Part shown: one piece after another, positions 38,369 to 47,698 of the stretch | Position numbering within the stretch: position 1 is the first letter of the stretch | Layout of the letters: each line of letters starts with the position of its first letter | DNA from: Candidatus Micrarchaeota archaeon | GTDB taxonomy: Archaea; Micrarchaeota; Micrarchaeia; Anstonellales; Bilamarchaeaceae | NCBI GenBank assembly: GCA_038046805.1 | Contig: JBBSVO010000003.1 | Span: 158,542 to 222,541 of the forward strand | DNA: 64,000 bases | Direction: 5' to 3' | Made by a program: the position numbers and the translations under genes | Notes under the pieces: model-generated | What the model saw: only the letters and a program-made list of their open reading frames with translations | The model's database searches: none | What the model was told of the DNA's origin: nothing

Positions 38369-38698
38369 ATGGTTGCCAGGATAGGAATTAATATTAAACA
38401 GACTGTAGTGGTCGCTGCCACTGCAGGAGTAATTGCATTTGCTTCATTACTTCCAAAAATTGCACATGATAATCAACAACGAGATGAAACACGTTCCAGA
38501 TGGATACAAAAACAGATCGTATTCGCAGAAGGATTGCAAAAAAGAACCAGAATACAAGGAACCATAGGACTCGTGGAACGTATTGCAGAAGACGAGACCA
38601 TGAAAGCATCTGCAGGAAAACTGTTTGAAAGGGCAGGGGGATGCAAACACTTCAAAAAAATTGGACCGTTACAAGAAGAACTCGCGGCACAAAAATAA
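38369..38698 (+). CDS. Hypothetical single-TM protein
   Basis: TTTAAAA box upstream of ATG 38369; one hydrophobic helix. Confidence 0.55.
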   Translation: MVARIGINIKQTVVVAATAGVIAFASLLPKIAHDNQQRDETRSRWIQKQIVFAEGLQKRTRIQGTIGLVERIAEDETMKASAGKLFERAGGCKHFKKIGPLQEELAAQK

Positions 38699-38708
38699 AA
38701 TAAAAAAG

Positions 38709-38943
38709 TGGGGTCATAGAGATCGTCAGCTTTGCTGGCGAATTTTGAAATCGCCAGATTTCAATGCTTTTGAACTCTAACATGCTGGTTTCGCGGCCCT
38801 AAATTCCGCAATTAAGCGGAGGGATCTGGAGCCAGCCGCGCTACCTGGCAACACAGTTTTCAGTTTTCCGTTTCCAGTTCCGTGCGCTAAAACAATATGC
38901 GAAACCGGAAACTCGTGACCAAAAACTCTTACGCCATGACCCC
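38709..38943 (-). tRNA. tRNA-Trp(CCA) with three introns: 15/16 (38849-38928), anticodon loop ~37/38 (38790-38825), 59/60 (38723-38768)
   Basis: Exons GGGGTCATGGCGTAA / CCAGGTAGCGCGGCTGGCTCCAG / ACCAGCATGTTAGAGTTCAAA / TCTCTATGACCCCA give a full cloverleaf with A15-U48 Levitt pair. Confidence 0.88.
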
Positions 38944-39042
38944 TAAACAGGAATAATCTGATTGAACTAGTTTATATTGGTAACGAACAAAGGTACACCG
39001 TATTTAAATAAATACGAATCATACAAACTGAGGTGAATTTCA

Positions 39043-39258
39043 ATGAACGGTTGTAGAATAATCAGCGGGCTACTGGTATTGGCATCAGGCGCCTCGTTTT
39101 TGGGTCTTGCATATGGAGTACTGGATGCAAAGACAACTTATACCGTGGCCGGTCTTGCACTAGGAATTTTTGGTTTGCACAAATTGCTTGCATGTATGGG
39201 GATTTGCCAATGCTGTAAGGAAGAACAATGCTGCAAAGACGAAAAATGCTGCAAGTAA
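39043..39258 (+). CDS. Small two-TM protein with Cys-rich C-terminal tail
   Basis: GAGGTGA RBS; tail CMGICQCCKEEQCCKDEKCCK; T-run after the stop. Confidence 0.8.
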   Translation: MNGCRIISGLLVLASGASFLGLAYGVLDAKTTYTVAGLALGIFGLHKLLACMGICQCCKEEQCCKDEKCCK

Positions 39259-39321
39259 AATTTTTTTTTAATATTTGTCAAAAACCACCAGTTAGAGACC
39301 TGGCTTGTTTATTTTTGACAG

Positions 39322-39437
39322 ATGTCAAGAACGACCGATAAAACTTATCGAAGTTTTATGGTCCATAAATCGATGCGTCGATTTATCGGACGATTCGTTC
39401 TTGAGCATGTTCGTGACCGATGCGTCGGTCGCGACAT
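39322..39437. repeat. Branched palindromic element, copy B
   Basis: ATGTC...GACAT termini; AAGAACGA/TCGTTCTT enclosing ATAAAACTT-atcg-AAGTTTTAT and ATAAATCGA-tgcg-TCGATTTAT; then GTGACCGA-tgcg-TCGGTCGC. Confidence 0.85.
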
Positions 39438-39536
39438 AGATCTTCCCCATAGAACTGGTGTTTCTTGGGTGACCACCAGTTACAAACTGGTGGAATATCT
39501 AGATTTTAATATTTTTAAGGAATCCGGGCGAAAAAT

Positions 39537-39947
39537 ATGAAATCCAAGACCGCTTACCTGACTTTTAATACGCGAAATCGCATTGAATTCGTACGGATTA
39601 CTGACGAAATTGAAAAGGTTGTCCGCGAAAGCGGAGTAAAGGAAGGGCTTGTTCTTGTCAATCCAATGCACATAACTGCCGCAGTTATTGTAAACGATAA
39701 CGAAAGCGGATTGATCGAGGATTACAAACGCGTGCTTGAGCGGCTTGTGCCCTATCGCGCGGATTATGCACACAACATGGGAGAGGACAATGCTGCCTCG
39801 CATATCTGGCGCCAGTTGATGGGCCATCAGGTTGTAATGGCAATAACGAACGGTCGTCTCGACCTTGGAACCTGGGAGCAGATTTTCTATTGCGAGTTTG
39901 ATGGACGACGGAATAAACGGGTTTTGATGAAGGTTATCGGGGAATGA
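39537..39947 (+). CDS. yjbQ: YjbQ/UPF0047 family protein
   Basis: [35 protein letters not shown]. Confidence 0.92.
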   Translation: MKSKTAYLTFNTRNRIEFVRITDEIEKVVRESGVKEGLVLVNPMHITAAVIVNDNESGLIEDYKRVLERLVPYRADYAHNMGEDNAASHIWRQLMGHQVVMAITNGRLDLGTWEQIFYCEFDGRRNKRVLMKVIGE

Positions 39948-39961
39948 AACTCTCCCTATTT

Positions 39962-40921
39962 TCAGTGCAATCTCCGTTTGCCCCTCATTTTTTTATGATC
40001 TTCGATTATTCGATTTATCAAAAAATAAGTAAACTCCTTAAAACCACCAAAGTGGGCTTTTTCCTGTGTTTCGAAGTACTCATCTCGTTTCTCATAAGGT
40101 ATATCTAAAAATGGAAAGCCGTTGATCTGTAAAATATAGTTCATAAGCAGTCTAGCCATTCTGCCATTACCATCTGCAAATGGATGTATCGTTACCAGTC
40201 TTGCATGAAATTTCGCCGCGAGTTCTACTGGATGAATTTTATCCTTATTCTCCTTATACCAAGCCATTAATCCAGCCATTAGATTTGGAACGTCCTTCCA
40301 ATTTGGAAATTCGTATTTACTGGTGCGTATAAACACATTTACTGTTCTCCATACTCCACGGTGCGCCCCATAACCCGGAATTGCCTTAAGTAAAAGAAAA
40401 TGCAATTTTAATATCTCATTTTCTGTTATTTCAGCCCGATCTTCCAAATATCCATCATACAATTCAAGGCATTTTTCCATATTTATAACTTCAAGTTCTT
40501 CTTCATCAGCTTCATAATTTTTCTTTAGTTCCAGTATCTTTCTGGTTTGATCCAATGTTATTCTGCTTCCTTCTATTGCATTTGTATTTGTGATGAATAT
40601 TTCTCTTTGCTGCCCCAACCATGCCTTTCTACTTTTTTTATCCATCTCTTCAAATAATTTTTTATGCTCGTTTTTTATTCTTTCGAGCTTTAGCACTATC
40701 TTTCTGTCGATAAATTCAGTTTTTGACCTGATGAGCTCGTTTTCAAGATAGTTACTTACTTTTTGATCCAGTCTTTTCGCTAGTTCTTTCAGCTTAGTTT
40801 CAGCTGGCTTCACTGAACCAAGATATAAATAGATTTTTTTCCATTTTTTATCCGCTAATCTAATTGTTTTTTCAAGGTAGTAATAAGTCCTTCCTTTTAC
40901 TTTTCGTTCCGTTATTCCCAT
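39962..40921 (-). CDS. Fic family protein (class II-like) with N-terminal putative DNA-binding domain
   Basis: HPFADGNGRMAR; inhibitory motif TNAIEG; N-terminal GRTYYYL...YLG. Confidence 0.92.
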   Translation of the reverse strand: MGITERKVKGRTYYYLEKTIRLADKKWKKIYLYLGSVKPAETKLKELAKRLDQKVSNYLENELIRSKTEFIDRKIVLKLERIKNEHKKLFEEMDKKSRKAWLGQQREIFITNTNAIEGSRITLDQTRKILELKKNYEADEEELEVINMEKCLELYDGYLEDRAEITENEILKLHFLLLKAIPGYGAHRGVWRTVNVFIRTSKYEFPNWKDVPNLMAGLMAWYKENKDKIHPVELAAKFHARLVTIHPFADGNGRMARLLMNYILQINGFPFLDIPYEKRDEYFETQEKAHFGGFKEFTYFLINRIIEDHKKMRGKRRLH

Positions 40922-40926
40922 ACATA

Positions 40927-41004
40927 GTTACAACCACTAAACTATTTAAATATTGTGGTTATAACCTACAACCACAGGATAGATTTGAAAATGTGGTTAT
41001 AACC
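40927..41004. promoter_or_regulatory. Putative operator repeats around the fic TATA box
   Basis: TGTGGTTATAACC at 40954-40966 and 40992-41004; inverted partial copies TACAACCAC at ~40929 and 40967. Confidence 0.6.
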
Positions 41005-41031
41005 AATTAACAAGACGGGTTTTGGTAAAGG

Positions 41032-41559
41032 TTATTGGGGGGCAGTTTGGGTTTCGGGTTGCTTGCGCGGCTTGGACTGTACCCATCTAGCCATGAACTC
41101 TATCGCTCCTGCTAGAAATAGCATAAATCCAGTAATCACCCATTGTTTCATTTTCTCATCAGATGCTTTTTCCTCACCTAAGGAGAGTAATTCTGATTTG
41201 TTATCAACCCTGCTGCAGTTGATCGGGGCTGTGCCAGCAGCTATCCCGATATTACCAGGGCTGCAAACCTCAAGAGTGCAATCTGCAGGAATTGATTTTG
41301 CCATATCTCGCGCTTCTGAAAACGAAATTTTTTTCTCCATTTGACCGTAGGCGGTTTCACAGGTCAAAACAGTTTGTGGTTTTGAATCATAGAAACCCGT
41401 ATATGCTACTTCTGCCAAAACCGCGCACCATACAAATGCACGAACTACAGGCACGCTGCCCTTAGGACCAATCAAACATCGCCCGAATTTTCTTAACCCG
41501 CTTTTCTGACCCGGGTCAGTTGCCGCCTTTGCGCCATTTTGTACAGAAACAGAATTCAT
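41032..41559 (-). CDS. Hypothetical two-TM protein
   Basis: Two hydrophobic segments flanking a four-Cys loop. Confidence 0.6.
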   Translation of the reverse strand: MNSVSVQNGAKAATDPGQKSGLRKFGRCLIGPKGSVPVVRAFVWCAVLAEVAYTGFYDSKPQTVLTCETAYGQMEKKISFSEARDMAKSIPADCTLEVCSPGNIGIAAGTAPINCSRVDNKSELLSLGEEKASDEKMKQWVITGFMLFLAGAIEFMARWVQSKPRKQPETQTAPQ

Positions 41560-41603
41560 AACAACACCAATAGCTTTATTATTAATGCGATAATTATAAA
41601 ATC

Positions 41604-42425
41604 ATGCCTGACAAACTCAAAAAATTAGCAGAAGAAAACAAGACGATTCTTTGTTTTGGAATAGACCCAGATATCCAGAGGATAAACGGGAAAAAGGGAA
41701 GCGGAACAATAGAAGAACAGATTATGCAGTTTTATTCCGCAATAACCGACGCGCTCCTTGACGAGAACCAAATCTCTGCAATAAAACCAAATTATGCCTA
41801 TTTTGCCCAGTATGGATTTGACGGGCTACGTGCGCTCAAGAACATCATTGAACAGTATCAGAATCGCACGTTCGTAATACTTGACGGAAAACGCGGAGAT
41901 ATTGGAAAATCAAGCGAGGCATACTCTCGCGAAGTTTATGACTTCTGGGGTGCGGACGCTTGCACAGTTTCACCATACCTGGGCGCGGATTCAATCGCAC
42001 CGTTCATGCGGGACGGAAAACTCGCTTATGTTTTGTGCCGCACTTCGAACGAAGGAGCAACGGATTTCCAGGAATTGAAAATCGGAAAGAAATATTTATA
42101 CGAAATGGTAGCTGAAAAAGCGGTCGGATGGGGCGGAAATACGAACGGCAGTTGTGGGCTCGTTGTCGGTGCAACCAGCGATTCAATCGTGCGGATTACA
42201 AAAATAACAAAGAACCGCATTCCGATGCTCATTCCCGGAATAGGTGCACAGGACGGAGACCTAGAACTAGTCATGAAATCCGTGCGCAGTAATCCGTACA
42301 TCCACCGAATAAACGCGTCATCGTCAATTGCGTTTGCATATGAAAAGGAAAAGGGCACAACTCCAATTAGCGCTGCACTAAAGGAAGCTAAAAAACTTAA
42401 CGAGAGTATACGAAAATATCTCTGA
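41604..42425 (+). CDS. pyrF: Orotidine-5'-phosphate decarboxylase
   Basis: CFGIDP, KPNYAYF, DGKRGDIG, RTSN, GLVVGAT, IPGIGAQ. Confidence 0.95.
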   Translation: MPDKLKKLAEENKTILCFGIDPDIQRINGKKGSGTIEEQIMQFYSAITDALLDENQISAIKPNYAYFAQYGFDGLRALKNIIEQYQNRTFVILDGKRGDIGKSSEAYSREVYDFWGADACTVSPYLGADSIAPFMRDGKLAYVLCRTSNEGATDFQELKIGKKYLYEMVAEKAVGWGGNTNGSCGLVVGATSDSIVRITKITKNRIPMLIPGIGAQDGDLELVMKSVRSNPYIHRINASSSIAFAYEKEKGTTPISAALKEAKKLNESIRKYL

Positions 42426-42426
42426 T

Positions 42427-43290
42427 TTATCCAAGCTGAATCTCTTTGGGAATTCCCGCACCAGAGCCCGCCTTTGGCATCGTCTTCTTTGGAAGGAAGA
42501 AAATACCCAACAGCGAAAGCACTGCAAGACCAGCAAACATCCACACCGGCCTGAGCAAAACCCCTCTTAACACATCGCTTGCACCGCCAACAGCCGCAGA
42601 GATTGCCTCTGTAAGCTGTACTGGAACTTCTGGACCTGCGATTGAAGAGGAGATTTTCGACAATATCGCTGGAAATACGAAATAAGCTATTCCGACCAAA
42701 ATCAAATCAATAATGCACAGAACAAGAGACATGAAACAAAGAGTTCTCAAGGCATTTTTGAAATTCCAGTCATCAATGAAAAGAAATAGTAATGCGATAA
42801 TTGCCAAAAATATGAATGCTCCGACAAGCGGGATAAAAAAGGATGACAGAAACACTGCCTTTGGCATAAATTCTGAGGCCATTGCAGAGATTACCGGCTT
42901 TGTGACACCCTTGGAAAGCTCTGTTTTGAATCCACTTACGTCGCTTATTTCCCCGGCAGATACCTTTGCACATATTTCCTGCATATTAAACTGCATCATT
43001 CTGTCCCCGCCGTCTCCCTGAGTTTCCTGACTGGCTGCGGAGACTAATTCTGGATTTTGGCATGCTAGTTTTAACTGCTCAAAATCAACATCCGAAGATG
43101 AAAGCTCTGGCAATTGCGCTTCAAGAGCTGAGAGAGCAATTGGAGACAGCCCTTTTTCAAGAGAGGCTGAAAGAACCTGCATATCCTGAGGAAGAGAAAA
43201 AAACATCGCAGCAAGGGAAAGCGCAAGAAAACCAATACCCAGAAGAATAAACGAAATTAGCCCAATAAGAAAACTTTTTATGCCTACCAT
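42427..43290 (-). CDS. Hypothetical four-TM membrane protein
   Basis: Hydrophobic helices around an extracellular loop; start placed at ATG 43290 to avoid overlap with nnrD. Confidence 0.7.
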   Translation of the reverse strand: MVGIKSFLIGLISFILLGIGFLALSLAAMFFSLPQDMQVLSASLEKGLSPIALSALEAQLPELSSSDVDFEQLKLACQNPELVSAASQETQGDGGDRMMQFNMQEICAKVSAGEISDVSGFKTELSKGVTKPVISAMASEFMPKAVFLSSFFIPLVGAFIFLAIIALLFLFIDDWNFKNALRTLCFMSLVLCIIDLILVGIAYFVFPAILSKISSSIAGPEVPVQLTEAISAAVGGASDVLRGVLLRPVWMFAGLAVLSLLGIFFLPKKTMPKAGSGAGIPKEIQLG

Positions 43291-43303
43291 GGTTTGAGAT
43301 AAT

Positions 43304-44074
43304 GTGGCAAGCATTAAGAATATTATCAGGAAGCTTTGTCTTCCTTCCAAATACTCGCATAAAGGCCAGAATGGAAAATTGCTGATTATAGGTGGAAGCA
43401 GATGGTATCATGGAGCGCCAATGCTCGCGATTCTCGCTGCACGAAGGTTCGTTGATTTAGTCTATTTTTATCCTGGAGAATGGAACGAACAGATTATTAG
43501 GGCAGTGAAGACAATCCCTGAGGTTATTGTTCTTCCGAACTTGCGGAGGATTGAAGAAATGGATTGCGTTCTTTTTGGTATCGGACTTGGAAACGCAATG
43601 TTTCCCATGCAAACGATTTCTGGAGCAAAACGACTAGTGATTGATGGCGACGGGCTAAAGCGGATTAAAGGAAGATTCGAACTAGCAAAGGGAGCAATCC
43701 TTACTCCACACGAGGGAGAGTTCGGGCTTCTTTTTGGGATAAGCGGAACAAAAGAAAATGTAAAGAAAATGGCGAAAAAGTACGGGTGTGTGATTTTGAA
43801 AAAAGACCCTAGGGGGGATATCATCACGGACGGAAAACAAATTTTTGTGAACCGCACGCACAATCAGGGGATGACAAAAGGCGGGACAGGCGATGTGCTT
43901 TCCGGATTGGTGGCTGCGCTTGCGTGTAAAAATGAACCGCTTGTTGCGACGATTGCCGGCGCGCACTTCTGCGGAACTACTGGAAACGTGCTGAAAAAGG
44001 AATTTGGATTCAATTTCTCTGCGAGTGATCTGGCAAATGGACTGGCAAGAACGATTAAACAGATTTGGAAGTAA
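43304..44074 (+). CDS. nnrD: NAD(P)H-hydrate dehydratase
   Basis: SHKGQNGKLLIIGGS, LTPHEGEF, GGTGDVLSG. Confidence 0.93.
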   Translation: MASIKNIIRKLCLPSKYSHKGQNGKLLIIGGSRWYHGAPMLAILAARRFVDLVYFYPGEWNEQIIRAVKTIPEVIVLPNLRRIEEMDCVLFGIGLGNAMFPMQTISGAKRLVIDGDGLKRIKGRFELAKGAILTPHEGEFGLLFGISGTKENVKKMAKKYGCVILKKDPRGDIITDGKQIFVNRTHNQGMTKGGTGDVLSGLVAALACKNEPLVATIAGAHFCGTTGNVLKKEFGFNFSASDLANGLARTIKQIWK

Positions 44075-44113
44075 AGAGCAAAATTATAAACTAATTTACA
44101 CAGATAACCGCAT

Positions 44114-44896
44114 ATGACACATAGAAAAGTAGAACCACCAAGATTGCTCACACTTCCTTCAGTATGGCATCCATTCAAAAGACGAGAAGTACTTGAGTAC
44201 AATGGTCGGGAAATGCGCAGGGTTGAACGGGAATATGTTAGATTGGTAAACGAATACGAAATTCGGGCACGCGAATTATCCGAATCTGGGCAATTTGTAA
44301 AGGCAGGTGCGGAATTGGACGAGGCTGCGGAACTTATGCGGAAAGCACACGAGTCATTCCCTGGAAGGAGATACGAGGAAAAGATGAATGCTCTCAAACA
44401 TGCGGCAGAAGAAAAATATCGCCTTGAAAGTTCCGTACGCGGAACACCGGAAATCTCGGAGATGCGCGCTGACCATAATGAGAGATGGGGAAAAGGGGTA
44501 GCACAATATTATAAAGGAGAGGCAAGGCAGCTAAGGGAACGCGAGGAAAGTGATAAGGAATTCCGCGCACTCATGGACATATATCGCATGGAAAGGGGGA
44601 TTCTTGAGAATCGGGGAACCGTGGATGCGAAAACGATCTGGGGTATGTTCTGTACAATCCTTGAATTGCTTCCCAGGGCAGCCTTGGGTTTGGAGCGCGA
44701 GCACGTAGAGCTCCTGAAGCAGGATATTCAGAATTTGGCGGCAGATGTTTATGGGAATGGACCAGGGGCACAACAAATAAATGAGAAAACGAAAAGGGTA
44801 ACGCACTGTAAGGTGATGACTGCCGGCGAGCGGAAACGCAAGGCCCGGCGAGAAGGAGATATTTCCAGTTGGGCAAGAGATGTTTACCTCAGCTAA
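44114..44896 (+). CDS. Hypothetical helical charged protein
   Basis: 260-aa ORF with TTATAAA box upstream; no motif recognised. Confidence 0.6.
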   Translation: MTHRKVEPPRLLTLPSVWHPFKRREVLEYNGREMRRVEREYVRLVNEYEIRARELSESGQFVKAGAELDEAAELMRKAHESFPGRRYEEKMNALKHAAEEKYRLESSVRGTPEISEMRADHNERWGKGVAQYYKGEARQLREREESDKEFRALMDIYRMERGILENRGTVDAKTIWGMFCTILELLPRAALGLEREHVELLKQDIQNLAADVYGNGPGAQQINEKTKRVTHCKVMTAGERKRKARREGDISSWARDVYLS

Positions 44897-44944
44897 GCAA
44901 CATCTTCTTTAATCTTTCAAATTCGTCCATGAAAGTAAACCAGA

Positions 44945-45877
44945 CTAGACATTTTTCAAGAATTGCGCGTAGACAAACTCAACAAAAGGCTTTTCGGCCT
45001 TAGTTTCAACTGATTTTATCAAAACATCGAAGTAGCTTGCAGTTTCCTTTGAAATATTAAGTAATGGATAACCGCTGTCGAAAAGTGCCTTGTTCAGAAG
45101 CAGGCGGGAGATCCTCTTGTTGCCATCCTCAAATGGATGAATCATGTAAAAACGCAAGTGGAGCAGGGCAGCGAGCTCCAGTGCACTGAGTTTCCCAAGG
45201 TTTTCGTTGTACCATAAGATAAGTTTCCCCAGTTCTTTGGCAATAACCTTATGCCCCACGGGCCTAAAACCTATTTCTTCTACCTTATCGTAGCTTTTCA
45301 GGTATATGTATGCCTGTTTTTCACGCAACACGCCTGGTTTCCTTTCCTCAAAATCAGACATGATGATCCTGTGCAATTCTAGAATAAAATTGAGTGTCAG
45401 CCCTTTAGCACTTTCCTTGACGTACCTAAGCCCTTTTATCATGTCCAAGGCTACACGAAGGTTCTCATCCCTAATGTCCTTTACATTCTTTTGATTAAAC
45501 TTATAGGCAAGATTCGCATCCTCTCTGGTTATTGGAATTCCTTCCGTTGATAATGTAGTATAAATAAAATTAACCGTATCGATCTCTTCTTTTTCATCTT
45601 GTGCAGATTTGCCGAGCTTGGCCAATTTTTTTATGTAACGTCGCCTTCTTTTTTCGGCTTCTATGAGCTGCTCTTTGGTGAGATATACCGGGGTTACATT
45701 ATCCAAAAGAAAAAGGTATATCTTATCCAATAGTTCACATTTCTTTTTTTCAACCTCGGCCTTGTTTGGGATTCTACGACCTAAGAAAACCGAGAAAACC
45801 TTTGGACGTTCGAGCCGTATTGACTCTTCCAAATAGTAATACTCGTGTCCATTGACCAGCTTCGTGCGTATTTTCAT
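44945..45877 (-). CDS. Fic/Doc family protein with N-terminal putative DNA-binding domain
   Basis: HPFEDGNKRISR; TLSTEG; N-terminal GHEYYYL...FLG. Confidence 0.9.
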   Translation of the reverse strand: MKIRTKLVNGHEYYYLEESIRLERPKVFSVFLGRRIPNKAEVEKKKCELLDKIYLFLLDNVTPVYLTKEQLIEAEKRRRRYIKKLAKLGKSAQDEKEEIDTVNFIYTTLSTEGIPITREDANLAYKFNQKNVKDIRDENLRVALDMIKGLRYVKESAKGLTLNFILELHRIIMSDFEERKPGVLREKQAYIYLKSYDKVEEIGFRPVGHKVIAKELGKLILWYNENLGKLSALELAALLHLRFYMIHPFEDGNKRISRLLLNKALFDSGYPLLNISKETASYFDVLIKSVETKAEKPFVEFVYAQFLKNV

Positions 45878-45903
45878 GGAATTAATTGGAAGCCAAGGTT
45901 ATT

Positions 45904-45977
45904 AAACTTATCATACATTTTATATGTTAAATGTATGCCTAAAAATTACGTCTGAAAAACTTATCATACATTTTATA
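45904..45977. promoter_or_regulatory. Perfect 21-bp direct repeat upstream of the second fic gene
   Basis: AAACTTATCATACATTTTATA at 45904-45924 and 45957-45977, with inverted AAATGTATG between. Confidence 0.65.
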
Positions 45978-45995
45978 ACATAAAAGTAAGATAAC

Positions 45996-47603
45996 TCATT
46001 GGCGACCAGCACAATTGAGATTGTAAATATCCATCCCAAACTCTTTGTTCTTCTCCAGTCTCCTTAGCAATTCATCCATTACAATCTTTTTTACTTCCAT
46101 GTATTTCTCCCGCCCAACCTCAACATTGGCAATAGCATACCGTTTGCTCTTCGTATTGAAACAAAACATGCAATTATCCAGATTCTCGGAATTATGGCAG
46201 AACATTGAGTTCGCGCAATTATTGCACCCGTTCATTTCTAGGCACGCAGTCATATTGGTGCAACCATGGCACCTTATGCAAAATTTTGAATGAACCGCAC
46301 GCTGGCAACCAAATACGTTTTCCGAGGCAACTGCCATATTGCAATATGCGCAGTTTTTCGAATGCGCGCAATCCTCAACCTGATAGCTGTTCGCAACGCA
46401 ATAGGTGACATGAGACTCGATATTATTGACCGAATTTCCCTCGGTAACATTAGTCGGGAAAAAGGCGACGCCGGCAAGTTTTGCGGCAAGCTGGCCAAGC
46501 CCTAGTGTTTCGCCTTCCTTAAGCTCCATCTTCATTCTGGAAGCATGCTCGGATTCATGGCAGGAGATAACCCTGTCTTTTGGCACTGAACCGAAAAACG
46601 TAAATGAAGGAGAGAACCAGACCGTATTTCCAAACGAAGTTGGATGTGATTTAACTGAGTTTATTCCATGAGTAAGAAACTTCTGGTTTTCATTTAGTCC
46701 GCCGATTTCTTTTCCGAATATTACCCTGCACGTGTCATGGAACGCAGTGTCGAGTTTGTTGAAGTCTTGTTCCGGCAGTTTGAACGCAAATTTCGGCATA
46801 ACTGGAGCTTTTGGCATTCCGGGAATTACGAACGGCGGATAGAACCTTTTGTGTTTCTCGATATATTCACGAATCTCCACAATGAGCTTGTCCTTTAATT
46901 GCAAATATCGTTCTCTCGGCAATTCGAGATTCCCGATGCAGTATCGCTTTCCCTTTTGGTTAAATGAAAACATAAGGTGCGCGCAATCAAAATTGTAATA
47001 ACTGCAGTAAACATCAGATACCGACGCGGAAAAATACGATTCAAAGGCGCGGATAAGCGTTCCTTCAATCACGTGTATTGCATATTTACTGCTCGGGGAA
47101 TATGCGCATCCGAATGTGTATTCCGCCCCGTCCCGCATGTAAGAAGAATACGCCACATATTTTGAGCCGTGAATGTTGTGCGAATTCTTTACGCAGAAAC
47201 TGTCAACGCAATTGTCGCTGATTTCGATTTGTTCCGAACGTCCGAATTTCTTGTTTCCAGTATAAATTACTCTTTCCTGTATCGCCTCAACAATGGAATC
47301 AACGTCCTTTATTTCATTAATTCCGAGAGGATTGAACGGCGCACCGTTCAAATTTTGAAAAAACAGTGGTTTTTTCAACGGCTCGAATTTTTTGTTCCAG
47401 TCAATCTCGTCCTGTGAAATAAATTTTGCGGTTTCAAGATAGCTCGAACTGGAGACCATAACTGGTTTTCCTGATACTGAGGATGTTTTTTGCCCAAGCG
47501 GAACCTGGTAACTGAGCAGCCAATCCTTTACTTCATCCATCTCCACGTTGCACTCACCCAAAAGAAGCTTGTACGTGAATTTGAATGCCTGATTGATGTC
47601 CAT
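45996..47603 (-). CDS. Internally duplicated Cys-rich hypothetical protein; paralog of 15914-17518
   Basis: Shares GINEIKDVDSI..., YTGN, MFSFNQKGKRYCIGN and MFCFNTKSKRYAIANVEVG; likely start ATG 47603. Confidence 0.8.
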   Translation of the reverse strand: MDINQAFKFTYKLLLGECNVEMDEVKDWLLSYQVPLGQKTSSVSGKPVMVSSSSYLETAKFISQDEIDWNKKFEPLKKPLFFQNLNGAPFNPLGINEIKDVDSIVEAIQERVIYTGNKKFGRSEQIEISDNCVDSFCVKNSHNIHGSKYVAYSSYMRDGAEYTFGCAYSPSSKYAIHVIEGTLIRAFESYFSASVSDVYCSYYNFDCAHLMFSFNQKGKRYCIGNLELPRERYLQLKDKLIVEIREYIEKHKRFYPPFVIPGMPKAPVMPKFAFKLPEQDFNKLDTAFHDTCRVIFGKEIGGLNENQKFLTHGINSVKSHPTSFGNTVWFSPSFTFFGSVPKDRVISCHESEHASRMKMELKEGETLGLGQLAAKLAGVAFFPTNVTEGNSVNNIESHVTYCVANSYQVEDCAHSKNCAYCNMAVASENVFGCQRAVHSKFCIRCHGCTNMTACLEMNGCNNCANSMFCHNSENLDNCMFCFNTKSKRYAIANVEVGREKYMEVKKIVMDELLRRLEKNKEFGMDIYNLNCAGRQ

Positions 47604-47698
47604 GAATTGATTATGTATTACATTATATTTTAATTCTAACAATCAAAAATTGCACAAAATACGAATATTTTATAAAGAAATCTCATTATAATTAATAT

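Noticed and set aside
38790..38825. Box C/D guide RNA inside the tRNA-Trp intron, as in Euryarchaeota
   Set aside because: Only ~36 nt and no RUGAUGA/CUGA boxes
39322..39540. 72-aa ORF MSRTTDKTY... overlapping element B
   Set aside because: The homologous copy A hits a stop after 15 codons, and differences between copies conserve base pairing rather than amino acids
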